64,000 nucleotides of DNA from the human T2T-CHM13v2.0 reference genome, Homo sapiens. Shown here one piece after another: positions 1-12,265 of this stretch (position 1 is the first letter of the stretch; each line of letters opens with the position of its first letter). The notes beneath the pieces were generated by a model. It was not told the DNA's origin. It worked only from the letters and a program-made list of their open reading frames with translations, and did not search any database. Location: NCBI RefSeq assembly GCF_009914755.1, contig NC_060939.1. One strand, written 5' to 3'. The position numbers were made by a program, and so were the translations under genes.

Positions 1-340
1 TAGGTGCCTACTAAACACTAGCCCAGCCCCTCCTGCGCTGGGGCCTGTATCATTTCCTACTTCCTCCTCATAAATACCTCCACCTTGGCCTTAGTATTCT
101 CCAAATATCCTTTCTGCCTGTCCCCAACAGGTGCCCAGGGCCACCCTCCTCTCCATTCATCTCAGGACAAGTGCTGGGACCACTTCCTCCAGGAAGGTGT
201 CCCTGGCTGCTCTGAAGGGGGCTGGGCTCCTCTCCACTGGCACGCTGTGCACATCAGGTGTTTGAGGCTGGTACGGCTCTGGTGTCTCACGGTCAGCTGA
301 GGGAGGGAAACATACTGTGTGTGAGTGGATGTGTCCTGCA

Positions 341-836
<496 letters not shown>

Positions 837-1499
837 TAGGTGTATGGCTATATACACTGTGATCCGGAGTCCAAGACACGTGCAGGAATACACACACACA
901 CGCACTCATACACACACACGTCTATGCAGCATTAGTAACACAGACTCAGGCATACACAACATGAGTGAAGAGCCATCTACTACCAGTTCATCGCCTGAGT
1001 GTCTCTGTCTCCCAACTCTCCTCCTCCCAAGCCAAGATGGGCAGGGAGCGAATGGTGGAGACTCAGGTACTGTCCACCTCCACTACCAAGTCTGTCCTAG
1101 ATGTCAGCATTTCAAACCTCAGTCCCCCCATGTGATAAGATCCCTTTGTAATGGTGGCAACTTCGAGGCTCAGAGAGGGTTGGACACTCCCCTCAGCTCA
1201 CACAGCAAGTCAGGGCCCAGGGAGTTCCCAACAAATGCTTCCCCATGCCTTCCCAGGGTCACCTCCAGAATCTCGGATTCCAGCCATTTCCCTTATTCTC
1301 ACTTGCATTTAGCAGGACGTAGATAAAAAGAGAAGAGAAAACAATAAGAGAAAGAAGGGAAACAGGAGAGAGGAGAGAGACCCAGGAGGAGAGGAGATGA
1401 GGAGGAGGGGAAGCCTGAGCCGCGGGATGCTCAGCTCAGCACTCTGCTCCCCAGCGCCCCTTGCCCACAGCTGCCACCCAGAGGAGTGCAGCAAGGCGG

Positions 1500-1680
1500 G
1501 GGTTAACTCTCTGCCGTGGAGCAGAAAATGAGGTTCCAGTTATTAGTTGATTTATTGCTCTGTCCTCAATCTGCGCTCAGGTCCTGGAAGGAAATGTTCC
1601 ACTCGAAAGCATTAAGCGTCTTCAAAGAGCAGAGGCATTAAAAATTGAAATCATAAAATAGACACGTAAATACAGTGGAG
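1500..1680. promoter_or_regulatory. candidate enhancer island
   Basis: AT-rich unique island with TGATTTAT (1548-1555, PBX-HOX type), TCATAAAA (posterior HOX/CDX type) and GTAAATA (FOX type). Confidence 0.4.
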
Positions 1681-2574
1681 GTGAGGGGGGGCAGCCCCCA
1701 GGCGGGCAGAGGTGGGGGTGGCAGGCCCAGGTGCCAGCCAGCCTGTGGGGCCGCCACATGCATGTAGGAGCCAGTGTGTCTACCAAGGCGAGGGGGGTGT
1801 TCCTGCCCAGAACTGGCACCCCAGCCCTGCTCACAGTGCCCAAAAGCCCTCCACTGGCACACCACGTGTGAGAGGATCAGAACTGTCCTGCCTGTGAAAG
1901 CACGTTTCCCTCTTGGCAGAGGGTCAGAAGCTCAGCCCCGATAGTTGGGGAGGAATGGCAAGGAGAGGCAGACAGGCAGGGAGGGCTCAGCCCGCTTCTA
2001 CCTTAGCTGGCACTAAGAAGGAAGACAGCCTCGGGAGCCTGGGCCAGGGCGGCCCCCACCAAGCCCAAGCCCGGGCTGTTCTGCACAGGAGGGAGCCTCA
2101 GCAGACAGGGTGCAGCGGAGGCCCTGCTCAGCACGGCTCAGACCCCATTGGATACCTACAGTCTGGCTCCACTATGGTGGGGAAAGGCCCAGCCCAGCCA
2201 GGCTGGACCTCAGAGGGGCCCAAGGGGGCCCGAGTGGAGAAGGAAGGCCCCTGCTCCATCATCAGCTCATCTGGGCAGTGGAGTCATGAAGCAGGTGATA
2301 CAGCCTCTGCTCCCTCCGCACAGGCAGAACTTTCCCAGGGCTGGAGGCCCAGGGAGCTGGGAGCAGGGCCGAGGCCTGCCCAGAAGCTGGTGCCCAAGAG
2401 GATGCTCATGAGCAGCTACAGAGACAGCGCCATCCCCCATGGGAGCAGGGCTCCCAGCCCAGGCCTGAGCTCACATCACTGACTCGCTACCACCCACCTA
2501 GGGAGCCACCTTCTTCCAGGGCCCACGGAGGGGTCTTGCCGTGGCCCTCAGCTTCACACGCAGACCTACACAGG

Positions 2575-2915
2575 AAGACACGTATGTGTGAACATGCAGG
2601 GACAGAGCTGGAGAAGTGCAGCACCCCAGACACGCGGGTTTAACAGCCACATGTATGAATGCACACGCTCATGCATACCCACGCCCATCCCATGTATACA
2701 GAGGAGCATGCCCACGCATGGCTGTGCATGTGATATGCACACAGCGCCCACATGTATACACACACGTGTCAACATGCACACCTGGACGAGCTCACACACG
2801 CCCATGTGTGTATGTGTATACAGGACCACACACATGTATGTATTGCGTGCCTACACATGTACAGACTCACACATCCACGCATATTTGCATGGCACATGTC
2901 CACACACACGTCCAC
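2575..2915. repeat. degenerate (CA/TG)n low-complexity tract
   Basis: Alternating purine-pyrimidine sequence with many cacatg/catgtg/cacacg units. Confidence 0.8.
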
Positions 2916-3914
2916 AGGCAAGCCTCTAGACCCCAATATCGGACCCCAGAGATGCATGCTGGGAGCCAGCCTGCAGTCTTCTCATGGGAAAGAGGCAGGG
3001 GTCTAGGGACCCATTAGCATCACTTTCTCTGGCAGTATAGACCCCTTAGTCACAACTGCGTGGCCTTGGTCACCATCATAACCCCCTGGGGTCAGGATGC
3101 CTGGGCTCTGTACCTGCCCCAGCCCCTGGTTCCCAGCTGTGTGACACGGGCCCGAGCCCCCGACCCTCTTGGTCCATGTACTCTGTGGGCTACCGGGGCC
3201 TCCCTGACTGCCACAGCATCTTCCTCAACCAGGTGGTAGGGCGAGAAGAAGCTCCTAACCTTATTTCCTCATTTCTAGCAGCAAGAGAGGCTGGGGCTGG
3301 GCTGGGGTGGAGGGAACTGGGGAAACCGACAAGGCCTCAGTCTGTGTCTGGGGCAGAGTGTGGACCTGCCTGAGTGGCACAGCAGCCAAAGTCCTCCATA
3401 AATGAGGAGCTTGTCCAGGCAGGGCGGAGGGTCCAGAGAGAACTGGGGCCTCCGGGAGGGGGCCAGTTGACTGGGCAGGCAGTCAACTCTCCCTCCCAGG
3501 GGCACCTCCTGGGACGTCCTCCTCACTGCCTCTTTGAGAGTGAGGCCAGGTTTGCCTGAGCCCCTCTGGGCAGTGACAGGACTGAGCGGCTCCCCAGGCC
3601 TGGGGTGGCTGGGTGGTGGAGTGAGGAACCCCACAAAGTCTCCTGCCAGCACCAGCACCAAGACACTTCTACTCGGGGCTTCTGGGACCCCATCTCCATT
3701 CGGTCCCTTTAGGAGAAGGGATGGTGGTCAACTGAGTGCCCCTCCTCCATGTAAGATCATCCCCCGCCTCCACCCTCACAGGCAGATCAGAGCCACACAG
3801 TGCCACGAAACCCAAACGCCTCCCAGGTCAGGCTGGCATGGACATGAGGACGGGGAGGTCACGGGAGACACACGGGGGCAGCCACCACGCAGCACTCGGC
3901 TCCTGCCGGCATAT

Positions 3915-4015
3915 GCTTGCTGGGCCTCTGACTTTTCAAGAGACTCCAGAAGCCAGATTTTGATAAGAAACCTCTCAATCTTCCAACAATCTGTGGGCTG
4001 AGGTTTTTGCCACAC
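3915..4015 (-). mobile_element. hAT-Charlie (MER102-like) DNA transposon fragment
   Basis: acttttcaagagactccagaagccagatttt resembles the reverse complement of the aatctggatttctggtttctcttggaaaagt block in the 44.7-45.0 kb element. Confidence 0.4.
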
Positions 4016-4026
4016 TCTGTGGCTAG

Positions 4027-4260
4027 AACACATACACACACACATGCTCTCATACATATGTGTACTCACATTCACGCACATATATACAATCTCATTCACA
4101 CACTCACATTCACACACTCACACATACACAAACTCACATTCACACACACACATGCACACTCACACGCTTTCATACACACATATGTACTCACACACACACA
4201 GACTGGCACTTATACACATGTGCATGCATACACACTCACACATACACACACACACACACA
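4027..4260. repeat. degenerate (CA)n microsatellite
   Basis: About 230 bp of interrupted CA repeats. Confidence 0.9.
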
Positions 4261-4554
4261 ACTATGAGACAGATTCTGCCTCTGAGCCACCACTTGTGAC
4301 CTCTAACTTAGGCAAAGAGAGGAACTGAGGCTGGGGACAGTGAAGCTATGCTCAAAGCTCTTGTTCCCTTCCACTCAGTCTCCCTGGCAGTGAAGCCCCT
4401 GCCTCACCACCCCTCCTGCTGACTTGCATCCACCTCTTCTAGCACACACACCACCACCCCCTTGGCTTCACCAAGGACCCCTGCTCCTACCACCAGCCCC
4501 ACCCCACCCCTCCACTCCAGTACCGATCCTGGCCCTGACACCTCAGTCCCCCAC

Positions 4555-5045
4555 ATGTAATTTTTCTTAATTGGGAGCTCGTTAATTATCTCCATGCTGT
4601 CCAGAGGAAATAAACAGCAATTAGAGGAGTAAATGGCGTTTTTATTCTGCAGCCGACTCTGCCAAGCAGTGCCCCGGCCTGTCCCGCCCCAATGGCCAGT
4701 CCCACCGCCCGCCAGGTCCACGCGCCTGTCCCTCTGCCTGCATCCGCCCCCACGTGTGTGAGCGCAGTGCCTGCCACCAGGCCACCCGGCAGCAGGTCGC
4801 CTTTTGGAATCTGCATGAAGAACCATAAATTGTTGAGAAAGGGCCTCCTTCCCCATGCAACAGAAGGTTAGAGTGTTTAAAGAGAGCAGTGGAACTGTTT
4901 TTATTAATCAGAACTGCTGTAAAGAAAGCATTTTAATTAACATAATTATCCCGATTGAGAAAAGCAGTCCTTACCCCATAGATACTTTTCAGACTAAAGA
5001 TGTAAGCTGTCACAATCAGTCATAATTAAGTCAAGCAAGCTATTT
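4555..5045. promoter_or_regulatory. candidate developmental enhancer (homeodomain site cluster)
   Basis: TAATTA at 4583, 4943 and 5023, TTAATTAA at 4933, AATAAACA at 4609; the two AT-rich blocks flank a CpG-containing GC core at about 4650-4800. Confidence 0.5.
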
Positions 5046-5499
5046 TTTTTTTTCTTGAGCTCCCTTCCCCTCTCGGGCACCCGCTCCTCCTTGGGTTAGA
5101 TCTCAGAGTGGAGACCAGGCAGACGTGACAACGTCCGCGTGCTCCTGTGCTCACACCCCAGCTGCCTCTTCAGCTGCCTTCCAGACAGGGAAGGCCCCAG
5201 GCCTGGGGCCCAGCACCATGACTCCCTCCACAGCTGGCTCAGCAAAGCCTCCCCGCCTCCCTCATCCCTCCACCCACGGCTGAAGGACCGTCCCTCCCAG
5301 ACACCTTCCGGGACTCTCCTGGGTCAGCAGGCCTGGAGAGGATACAGGGGAACAACAGAGAGCCAGAGGGCAGCCTGACCAATACCATGGTCTGAGCCAC
5401 CGCCCCTCCTGCCTCAATGCTCACATTCACCCCTACCCACTCCCCAGTCCACTCCTGACTCAAAGCCAAGGTCGTTTCCTCCTGTGACAGCCAGAAATC

Positions 5500-6010
5500 T
5501 GTCCATACCACAAATCCAAGTGTCTAACCCTCCCGCCCCAGTCACCCCGCTTCATGGCCCTCGTGAGACCCGGCCCTAGCCCCCTCCAGCCATACCTCCC
5601 CAAGCTCACTCCACTCTAGCCACACTGGCCTTTCAGAATCCCCTGGAGCCTCTGCCACAGGGCCTTGGTATGTGCTCTTCCCTTTGCCTGCTGCCCCTCT
5701 TCCCCCAGCCACTGCCTCCCACCCTCTCGGCTCACACATTCATCCTGCAGTGCTCAGCCCTGGTGTCACCTCCTCCCAAAGCCCTTCCCTGCCTCCCCGA
5801 CCTGGTGGGTCTCCTCTTAAATACCCTGACAGCACCCCACATCTGCCCCTTGGTGGTAGATACACCGCAGCTTCACGACATTGTTGGCATTCTTTATTTG
5901 TCACCTCCATTCAACTACAGAAGCTCCATGAAGAACCCGGTTTGATTGACTGTGTTTTTTATTTGTTTACTATTGTATCCCCAGTGCCTACCACAGTGCT
6001 TGGCTCCTGG
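5500..6010 (+). mobile_element. L2 LINE 3' fragment
   Basis: ctctagccacactggcc, cagggccttgg..tgtgctcttccctttgcctg, gtcacctcctcc, tgtatccccagtgcctaccacagtgcttggc (L2 3' end). Confidence 0.75.
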
Positions 6011-6794
6011 TCCAGGCCTGCCCTAAGTCTGAGAAAGTCTGTTTTGAGGTGGGATGAGAAGGGGCAGAGGAAGACAGGAGCACCTCCTGCATAGCGTTGG
6101 CCTTGGGCTTGGGGACCAGGCTTGGGGCAGCTCTCAGGATGTATGACCTCGCAACTTCATCCTCCCACCCCGGGCCTCAGCTTCTCCATCTGAAATGGGC
6201 AGCCTGGAGCAGGTAACTTCCCCTGCCCCCTAATTATGCCCCTATCCACCCCAACCTCTAACATGACCCCCCAAAGCATGACCTCCCTCTTCCCGCTGCA
6301 GAGCCAGAAATGCTGACAAATCCACTTGCTCATCAAGTACCTGCTCACCTTCCGAGGCTGCCTGGTGGGGGGTGAGGCTGGGTGCTTGATGCTCCCACCC
6401 CTCTCTGCACCTGCAGGGTGACATGTGTGTAGGTGACACCACGGACATATTTCACCCCGACATGCTGCAGTTTCCTCCCTGAAAAGGTGCTTATTTTTTA
6501 GTATATCTTAAATAGGAGCCTGCAAAATGTGTTGTCAGCGCTTTTTAAATGGCTTGTTAATGCCCCGGTAAAGCTCAGCACACCGGCCAGGGAAGACAGC
6601 TCACTCGCAGCCCGTCTCTGAGTACATAACCTGGCTGAGCCTCTGGGCTGGACTCTGGGTTTATCAGGAGGCCCAGGAACTAGACTGTCCCCCAACAAAA
6701 ATATGCCAGGAGCTCCTTGCCCTAGGGCCACAGGGCGTGGCAACCCTCTGGAGATGGCAGGAGGCAAGCTGGGGCCCTGCCTGGCAGAGGAAAG

Positions 6795-6965
6795 AGGAAT
6801 GAGCACTGGCTTTAGAGTCAAGTGGCCCAGGTTCAAATCCCCACTTGGCCACTCACAAGCTATGTGAACTCAGGCCAGTGACTAATCCTCTCTGGGCCTC
6901 AAGTTTCCTCATCTATAAAATGGCGATGCTAACTCCTACCTCAAGGCAATTTTTAAGAGTGATGC
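6795..6965 (+). mobile_element. MIR SINE
   Basis: ggctttagagtca, ggttcaaatccc, gctatgtga, ctctctgggcctcaagtttcctcatctataaaatgg. Confidence 0.85.
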
Positions 6966-6989
6966 AGGAAGTGGATACTGTGCCAGGTA

Positions 6990-7185
6990 ACATTTAATTT
7001 TTAAGGTGTGGTAATGGTATCACGGTTCTGTCTTTTAAAGGGTCCTCATCTTTTAGAGATATGCGCTGAAATATTTATGGAAAAAATTATACAACATCAA
7101 AATAACCTGGTGGTGGTGGAGAGTGCGTGGGTGTAGAGGAAAGAGGGCTGGTCATAAGTTGGTGCTGGTTGACAGAGCATGGAAT
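6990..7185 (+). mobile_element. old L1 3' end (L1ME4-like)
   Basis: ggtgtggtaatggtat, cttttagagat..gctgaaatatttatgg, caaaataacc match the recalled L1ME 3' UTR pattern. Confidence 0.55.
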
Positions 7186-7404
7186 TTGAGAACCATCACA
7201 AGGGCACCCGATGGATGCTCAGTAACCCAGGGGTGCACTCTCCAGCCCCTCACGCAGTAACCCGGGGAGGGCAGCAGCAGGGCTGTGGAAAGCACCAGCA
7301 GGGCGCTCCGGGGCTGGGCCTTCACAGCGCCCCTGGAGGCTCCTGCAGTTCACAGAGTGGAGACAGACAGGTCGGGGGCCCTCAGGACCAGCACACTTGC
7401 AGGC

Positions 7405-7500
7405 TCCGTCCCAGCTGTGTGACCCAGGGCCCATCGCTTTCCCTCTCTGAGCTCTAGTTTTCTGTCTGTCGTTAAAATGGGGATGGTAACAACATCCCAT
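7405..7500 (+). mobile_element. MIR fragment
   Basis: cagctgtgtgacc..ctctctgagctctagtttt..taaaatggggatggtaac. Confidence 0.65.
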
Positions 7501-7799
7501 CCTCACCTTCCATCCCACCCCGCCCCCACCCCCAGACAGGCACTGAGGGGAGTAAGTGTGAGGATCAAGACAGCCACAGAGCAGTGAGCGCGGCCTGAGG
7601 CAGGGGTTTCATCAGCCTTAGAGCCCCTTGCCTTCCTCTGCGAATCTAAATGCAACCGTGTCATCTATTGAATGCTGCTGTAAGCAGGCAGGCCTCCTGC
7701 TGAGCACCATGATGCAGACCTGCTAAGAGTCATCCTGCCCTCAAGAAGCTCCTAGAGGAAGAGTCATTTCTGTGGCCAGGATGAAGGCGGTGGATAATT

Positions 7800-8010
7800 A
7801 AAATAATAACAATGACGACAACCGAGGCTGACGTCTCTGCGTGCTTCTGACGTGCCCGGCACGTGTCCCAGGCTTTACCTGCGCCTCTCCATCAACCCTT
7901 AGCACCACCTACGAGGCAACTGGTATCACTGTCCCCTTTTAGTTGGGGAAACTGAGGCTCAGGGAGATTGAAAACAAGTGAGTGCACAGCCAAGTCCTGG
8001 ACCCGGGCCC
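7800..8010 (-). mobile_element. MIR SINE
   Basis: aataataacaat, gtgcccggcac, ggggaaactgaggctcagggag core. Confidence 0.7.
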
Positions 8011-8859
8011 CACCCTAGTCCAGGCTCAGCAGGGCAGGGAGGGACTGCCCCCAGGCCTGGGCATCCTGGAGGGATGAGCAGCACAAAGTGCCACACCCAA
8101 GCAGGCCCTCCCCAGGCCTCAGTTTCTTCACCTGTGACATGGGGATGGAACGACCCCAGCCCCAGCTGGGGGGCATCAGGGGAAAGTGGCACAGGTGGGG
8201 GAGGGGGCAACAGTTCCAAACGGAGCCGAGGCGGCTGTGAGGTAAGTCGGGGCGCGGGGGCGGGAGGCGAGAGAAAGAGACAGATCTCTCAGGCTCAGCT
8301 CAGGCGTTGTGATATTTTTCCCCAGGTTATATTTTTAGATGGACTACTTTCTCTCCCCTCCCCCTGCCTCAGTAGGAGGAGGAACACAGAAATAGCCGGG
8401 CGTGCGTGTCTGAGCTGGGCTATATATAGTGGGCACAAACCCAGTCACCCGGGGCTTCTCCCACTCCTTGCACCCGGAGCAGGAGCGGGGAGTGGGGAGG
8501 GGGGCCCCTTCCTCTTATCCAATGGCCCCAGGGTCTGCTCAGCTCTGCCCGCTTCCTCCAGGTACCCCCATCCCAGCACATACCTGTGCCCACACATGCA
8601 CACATACAGATGCACACATGACTGAAGCCTGTCTGCACCGACTCAGCATCAGGGGCTTTTGAGGGGTCCAGAGCAACCTTAGGGGTGTGAATTGGGCAGG
8701 GAGGGTGGCGTGAGCCAGGCCAGGAGATGATTTTGGCTATGACTCTCTCAGCCTCGGTTTGCTGATCTGCAAACGCGGGGACTTATCAGGTCTGTGGGCC
8801 CTTTACCGCTTCAGAAGACGCAACTAATGTCGAACACATTCCCCCAGCTGCGCCCGTCT

Positions 8860-9070
8860 GTGTCCCCGTTGTTGAGATGAGGAAACTGTGCTGGCACTGG
8901 CCAAGGTCACCAGCAAGCCTGCAGTGGCAGAGGCACTTTCTAGTTTCAACCTCGCCTCTCCGGGCTCAGTTTCCTCATCTGTGAAGTGGAGATAATAAGG
9001 TCAGCACCCACTTCATGGGCTATGGTGAGGAATGGATGAGGGGGAGGCACATAAAGTGCCTAATGTGGGC
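8860..9070. mobile_element. two adjacent MIR fragments in opposite orientation
   Basis: gatgaggaaactg..ccaaggtcac (minus), then ctcagtttcctcatctgtgaagtggagataata..gtgagga (plus). Confidence 0.65.
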
Positions 9071-9645
9071 TTCCATAACTAGGGAGAGGGCCACGAGCAC
9101 CCAGGGCAGTAAGCACCCCCGAGTCTCCCTACTACCTCCCTTGGCCACAGCCCACCACTGGGCCAGGCTCTAGCCTCATGTTCAGGGGCTGAACCATGCC
9201 CTCCCCCACAGTCTACCTTGGCAGACCTTCAAGAAAAAGCCCACAGCCAAATCACCCACACCCAGCCCAGGGCAAGTATCAGCAACTGCTTCCCAGACGG
9301 TATGTGGACCCGGCCACCGCCCCACCCCAGGAGAGCCTGAGATGAAGGCCTGGCCTCCTCCCAGGCCTCCCAGTGCTGGTCACACTAGCCGTGCTGAAGG
9401 ATCAGAGCAGAAGGACCTCACGCCCATACCCACCCTTTCCTGATGGTGGGGCTCCCTTCTGGGTGTCCAAGCTGGTTTGGGTGTGCCCAGTCCAGAGGCA
9501 GGTCTACACAGGCTCTGCTGACTTTCTGCCCCAGGACCTGAGAAGGACAGAAAGCCCTGAACGGGGAATTCAGCCATGGGGGTTGGGGGTTTCAGTTTTC
9601 CCATCGGTACTTATTCTCCACAGAGGAATTTAAATCCATCACCTT

Positions 9646-9957
9646 GGCTGGGCGAGGTGGCTCATGCCTATAATCCCAACACTTCGGGAGGCCAAGGCAG
9701 GAGGATCACTCAAGCCCAGGAGTTTGAGAACAGCCTGGGAAACATATCGAGACCCTGTCTCTACCAAAAAGAAAATAAAATTCTCTAGGCACAGTGGCGT
9801 TGCACCCAACTACTGTAGCAACCACTGGGGAGGCTGAGGTAGGGGGATCACTCGAACCCTGGTGGTCGAGGCTGCAGTGAGCTATGATCACACCACTGCA
9901 CTCTAGCCTGGACAACAGAGCAAGACCCTGTCTCCAAATAAATAAATAAATAAATAA
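9646..9957 (+). mobile_element. AluJ
   Basis: Full dimer with J-type ggaggatcact..gcccaggagtttgag and gaggctgcagtgagctatgat; (TAAA)n tail; decayed TSD aatccatcacctt / aatcaatgatctt. Confidence 0.95.
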
Positions 9958-9964
9958 TCAATGA

Positions 9965-10110
9965 TCTTGTTTAACCCTCACAACTTCCCTGAGAAAGGTA
10001 CAATGGTTATTTTGCAGATGGAGAAACAGAGGCACAGGGTGGGGAAAAGGCCTGCCTGGATCACACAGAAAGCGACAGGCAGCTCCTGTGAGAGGTAGAG
10101 CCTGCATCTG
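9965..10110 (-). mobile_element. MIR SINE
   Basis: tttaaccctcacaac, attttgcagatggagaaacagaggcacag, atcacacag. Confidence 0.75.
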
Positions 10111-10900
10111 CCAGACCTGGGAAAGCCAGGATGTGAGCCTGGAAGGTGGACTCCTGTGTTGAACAACTGGCTTGGAAAATTCCTGAATATGTGTCCATGG
10201 GCTTGAAAGAGAGCTGGTCTGAGATGGCTCCAGCATAGCACGCCCAGGGAGCGTACATAGAGCGGCCGCCCCACCACTACTCCTGTATCCATCCCCTGGC
10301 CATTGAGTGTTTGAGCCCAAGTGCAAAACTTCATTTTCCTGGCTGCAGAGTTCCATTTGGTTGGTAGGTTTCAGCTCAGAGCTTCTGCCAGCTGAGCACC
10401 CATGGTGAGAACTGCCTCTCACTGGCAAATGTGGGACTCAGCACCTTCATCTGAGTCATCGGAAGATTAGGGCAGGAGGAGGCCACAGCCCTAAGCTGCC
10501 CCACTGAGACCTTTTTCTCCCCCAGACCAGTGTCCAGTGTTGACCCTTTGGGCTGTTGACTCTACACAAGTCCTCCTGAGTGAACTGAGCACCTGTGTCT
10601 CCGCCCCTGTGTCTGATGGAGTTCCTGACCCTACCCAGAGGTCCCCAAAGCACTGGAGATGGGTGAGGAAGAAGCCTGCATCCCTGCAGTGGGCTGCCTC
10701 CCCCACAGGCACCCCATCCTGCCCTACCTGGCCTGGGTGCAGCAAGACCCAAAGACCCAGAGGAGGAAAGACTCAGGGCCAGAGCAATAGGCATCATCAG
10801 GAAGAAGGAGCACAAGTCCTGTCCTCATTAGGGCACCCAGATATCAAGACCCTGCACAAGAAAGAATGAGCTTGCAGTTGCTATGGCCTCTGCTCAGTTT

Positions 10901-12139
10901 CTGGATTTCCACAAGCAAAACAAATGAAGCTGGACTCTTACCTTACACCATATACAAAAATTAACTCCAAATGGGTGAAAGACCTAAACACAAAACCTGA
11001 AACTATACCACTCCTAAAATAAAACATAGGGGAGAAGCTTCATGACATTGGATTTGGCAATGATTTCTTGGACATGACACCAAAAACACAGGCAACAAAA
11101 GCAAAAATAGACAAATGGGACTACATCAAACTTAAAACCTTCTGCTTAACAAAGGAAGCAATCAACAGAGTGGAAAAGCAACCTACAGAATGGGAGGAAA
11201 TGTTGGCAACCCATGTATCTGAAAGGGGTTAATATCTAGAATACATAAAGAACTTCTACAACTCAACAACAAAAATAATCCAATCAAAAATTGGCAAAGG
11301 ACTTGAATAGACATTTCTCAAAAGAAAATATACAAATGGCCAAAAAGCAGATGGAAAGATGCTCAGCATCACTAATCATCAGGGAAATGCAAAGCAAAAC
11401 CACAATGAGGTCTCACCTCACCTCAGATAGGGATGGTCACTACGGAAAGAAAAATAAGTATTTGCAAGGACATGGAGAAATCAGAACTTTTGTGTATTGC
11501 TAGTAGGAATGTAAAATGGGGCAACCACTAAATTAATTGTAAAAATTAAAAATAGAATTACCATTCGATCCAGCAATCCCACTTTTGGGTGTGTGTATGT
11601 GTGTGCATATATATACATATCATAATTGAAAACAGGATCTCAAAAGAGGTATGTGCACACTCATGTTCATTGTAGCATTATTCACAATAGCCAAGAGATG
11701 GAAACAACCCAACTGTCTATCAACAGATGAACAGATAAACAAAATGTGGTGTATACAGATGATGGACTATTTTTCAGCCTTAAAAAAGGAAGGAAACACT
11801 GTCACATGCCACAGTATGGATGAACACGGAGGACATTATGCTATGTGAAATAAGTCAGTTACAAAAAGACACATATATATGGTTTCCTAGTATGAGGTAC
11901 CTAAGGTGCTCAAACTCTTAGAAAGTAGCAGGAAGGCTGCCAGGGGCTGTGGGGACAGCCAAAGGAGCGGTTGTTGTCCAGTGGATACAGAATTTTGGTC
12001 ATGCAAGATGAAAAGGAATCTGGTGTACAGTAAGGGGCATACAGTTCACACTGCCTTACTGTGCACTTATACATGGCTAAGATGATACATTTTATATGTT
12101 TTTTTTTACCATAATTTAAAAAAAAAAAGAAAAGGAAAA
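10901..12139 (+). mobile_element. 5'-truncated L1 (L1MB-like): ORF2 3' end, 3' UTR and poly-A
   Basis: ORF2p C-terminal remnant ([33 protein letters not shown]; MFIVALFTIAKRWKQP), L1MB-type 3' UTR, A-tail, candidate TSD aatgagctt. Confidence 0.95.
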
Positions 12140-12148
12140 AATGAGCTT

Positions 12149-12265
12149 CATCCCCATCCTGTAGATGAGGAAACTAGCACTCAGAGAGGTGAAGTAATTT
12201 CCCCAAGGTCACACAGCTGGCAGGTGGCAATGCGGATTCAAAGCCCTTTTGCCTGGCTCCCGGGG
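12149..12265 (-). mobile_element. MIR fragment
   Basis: atccccatcctgtagatgaggaaact..cagagaggtgaagtaa..ccaaggtcacacagctgg. Confidence 0.85.

Noticed and set aside
7978-8625. 215-aa Gly/Pro-rich ORF
   Set aside because: GTG start inside a MIR, low complexity and no recognisable domain.
11291-11848. L1 ORF2-like peptides
   Set aside because: Fragments of a dead, 5'-truncated and frameshifted L1MB, not an active element.
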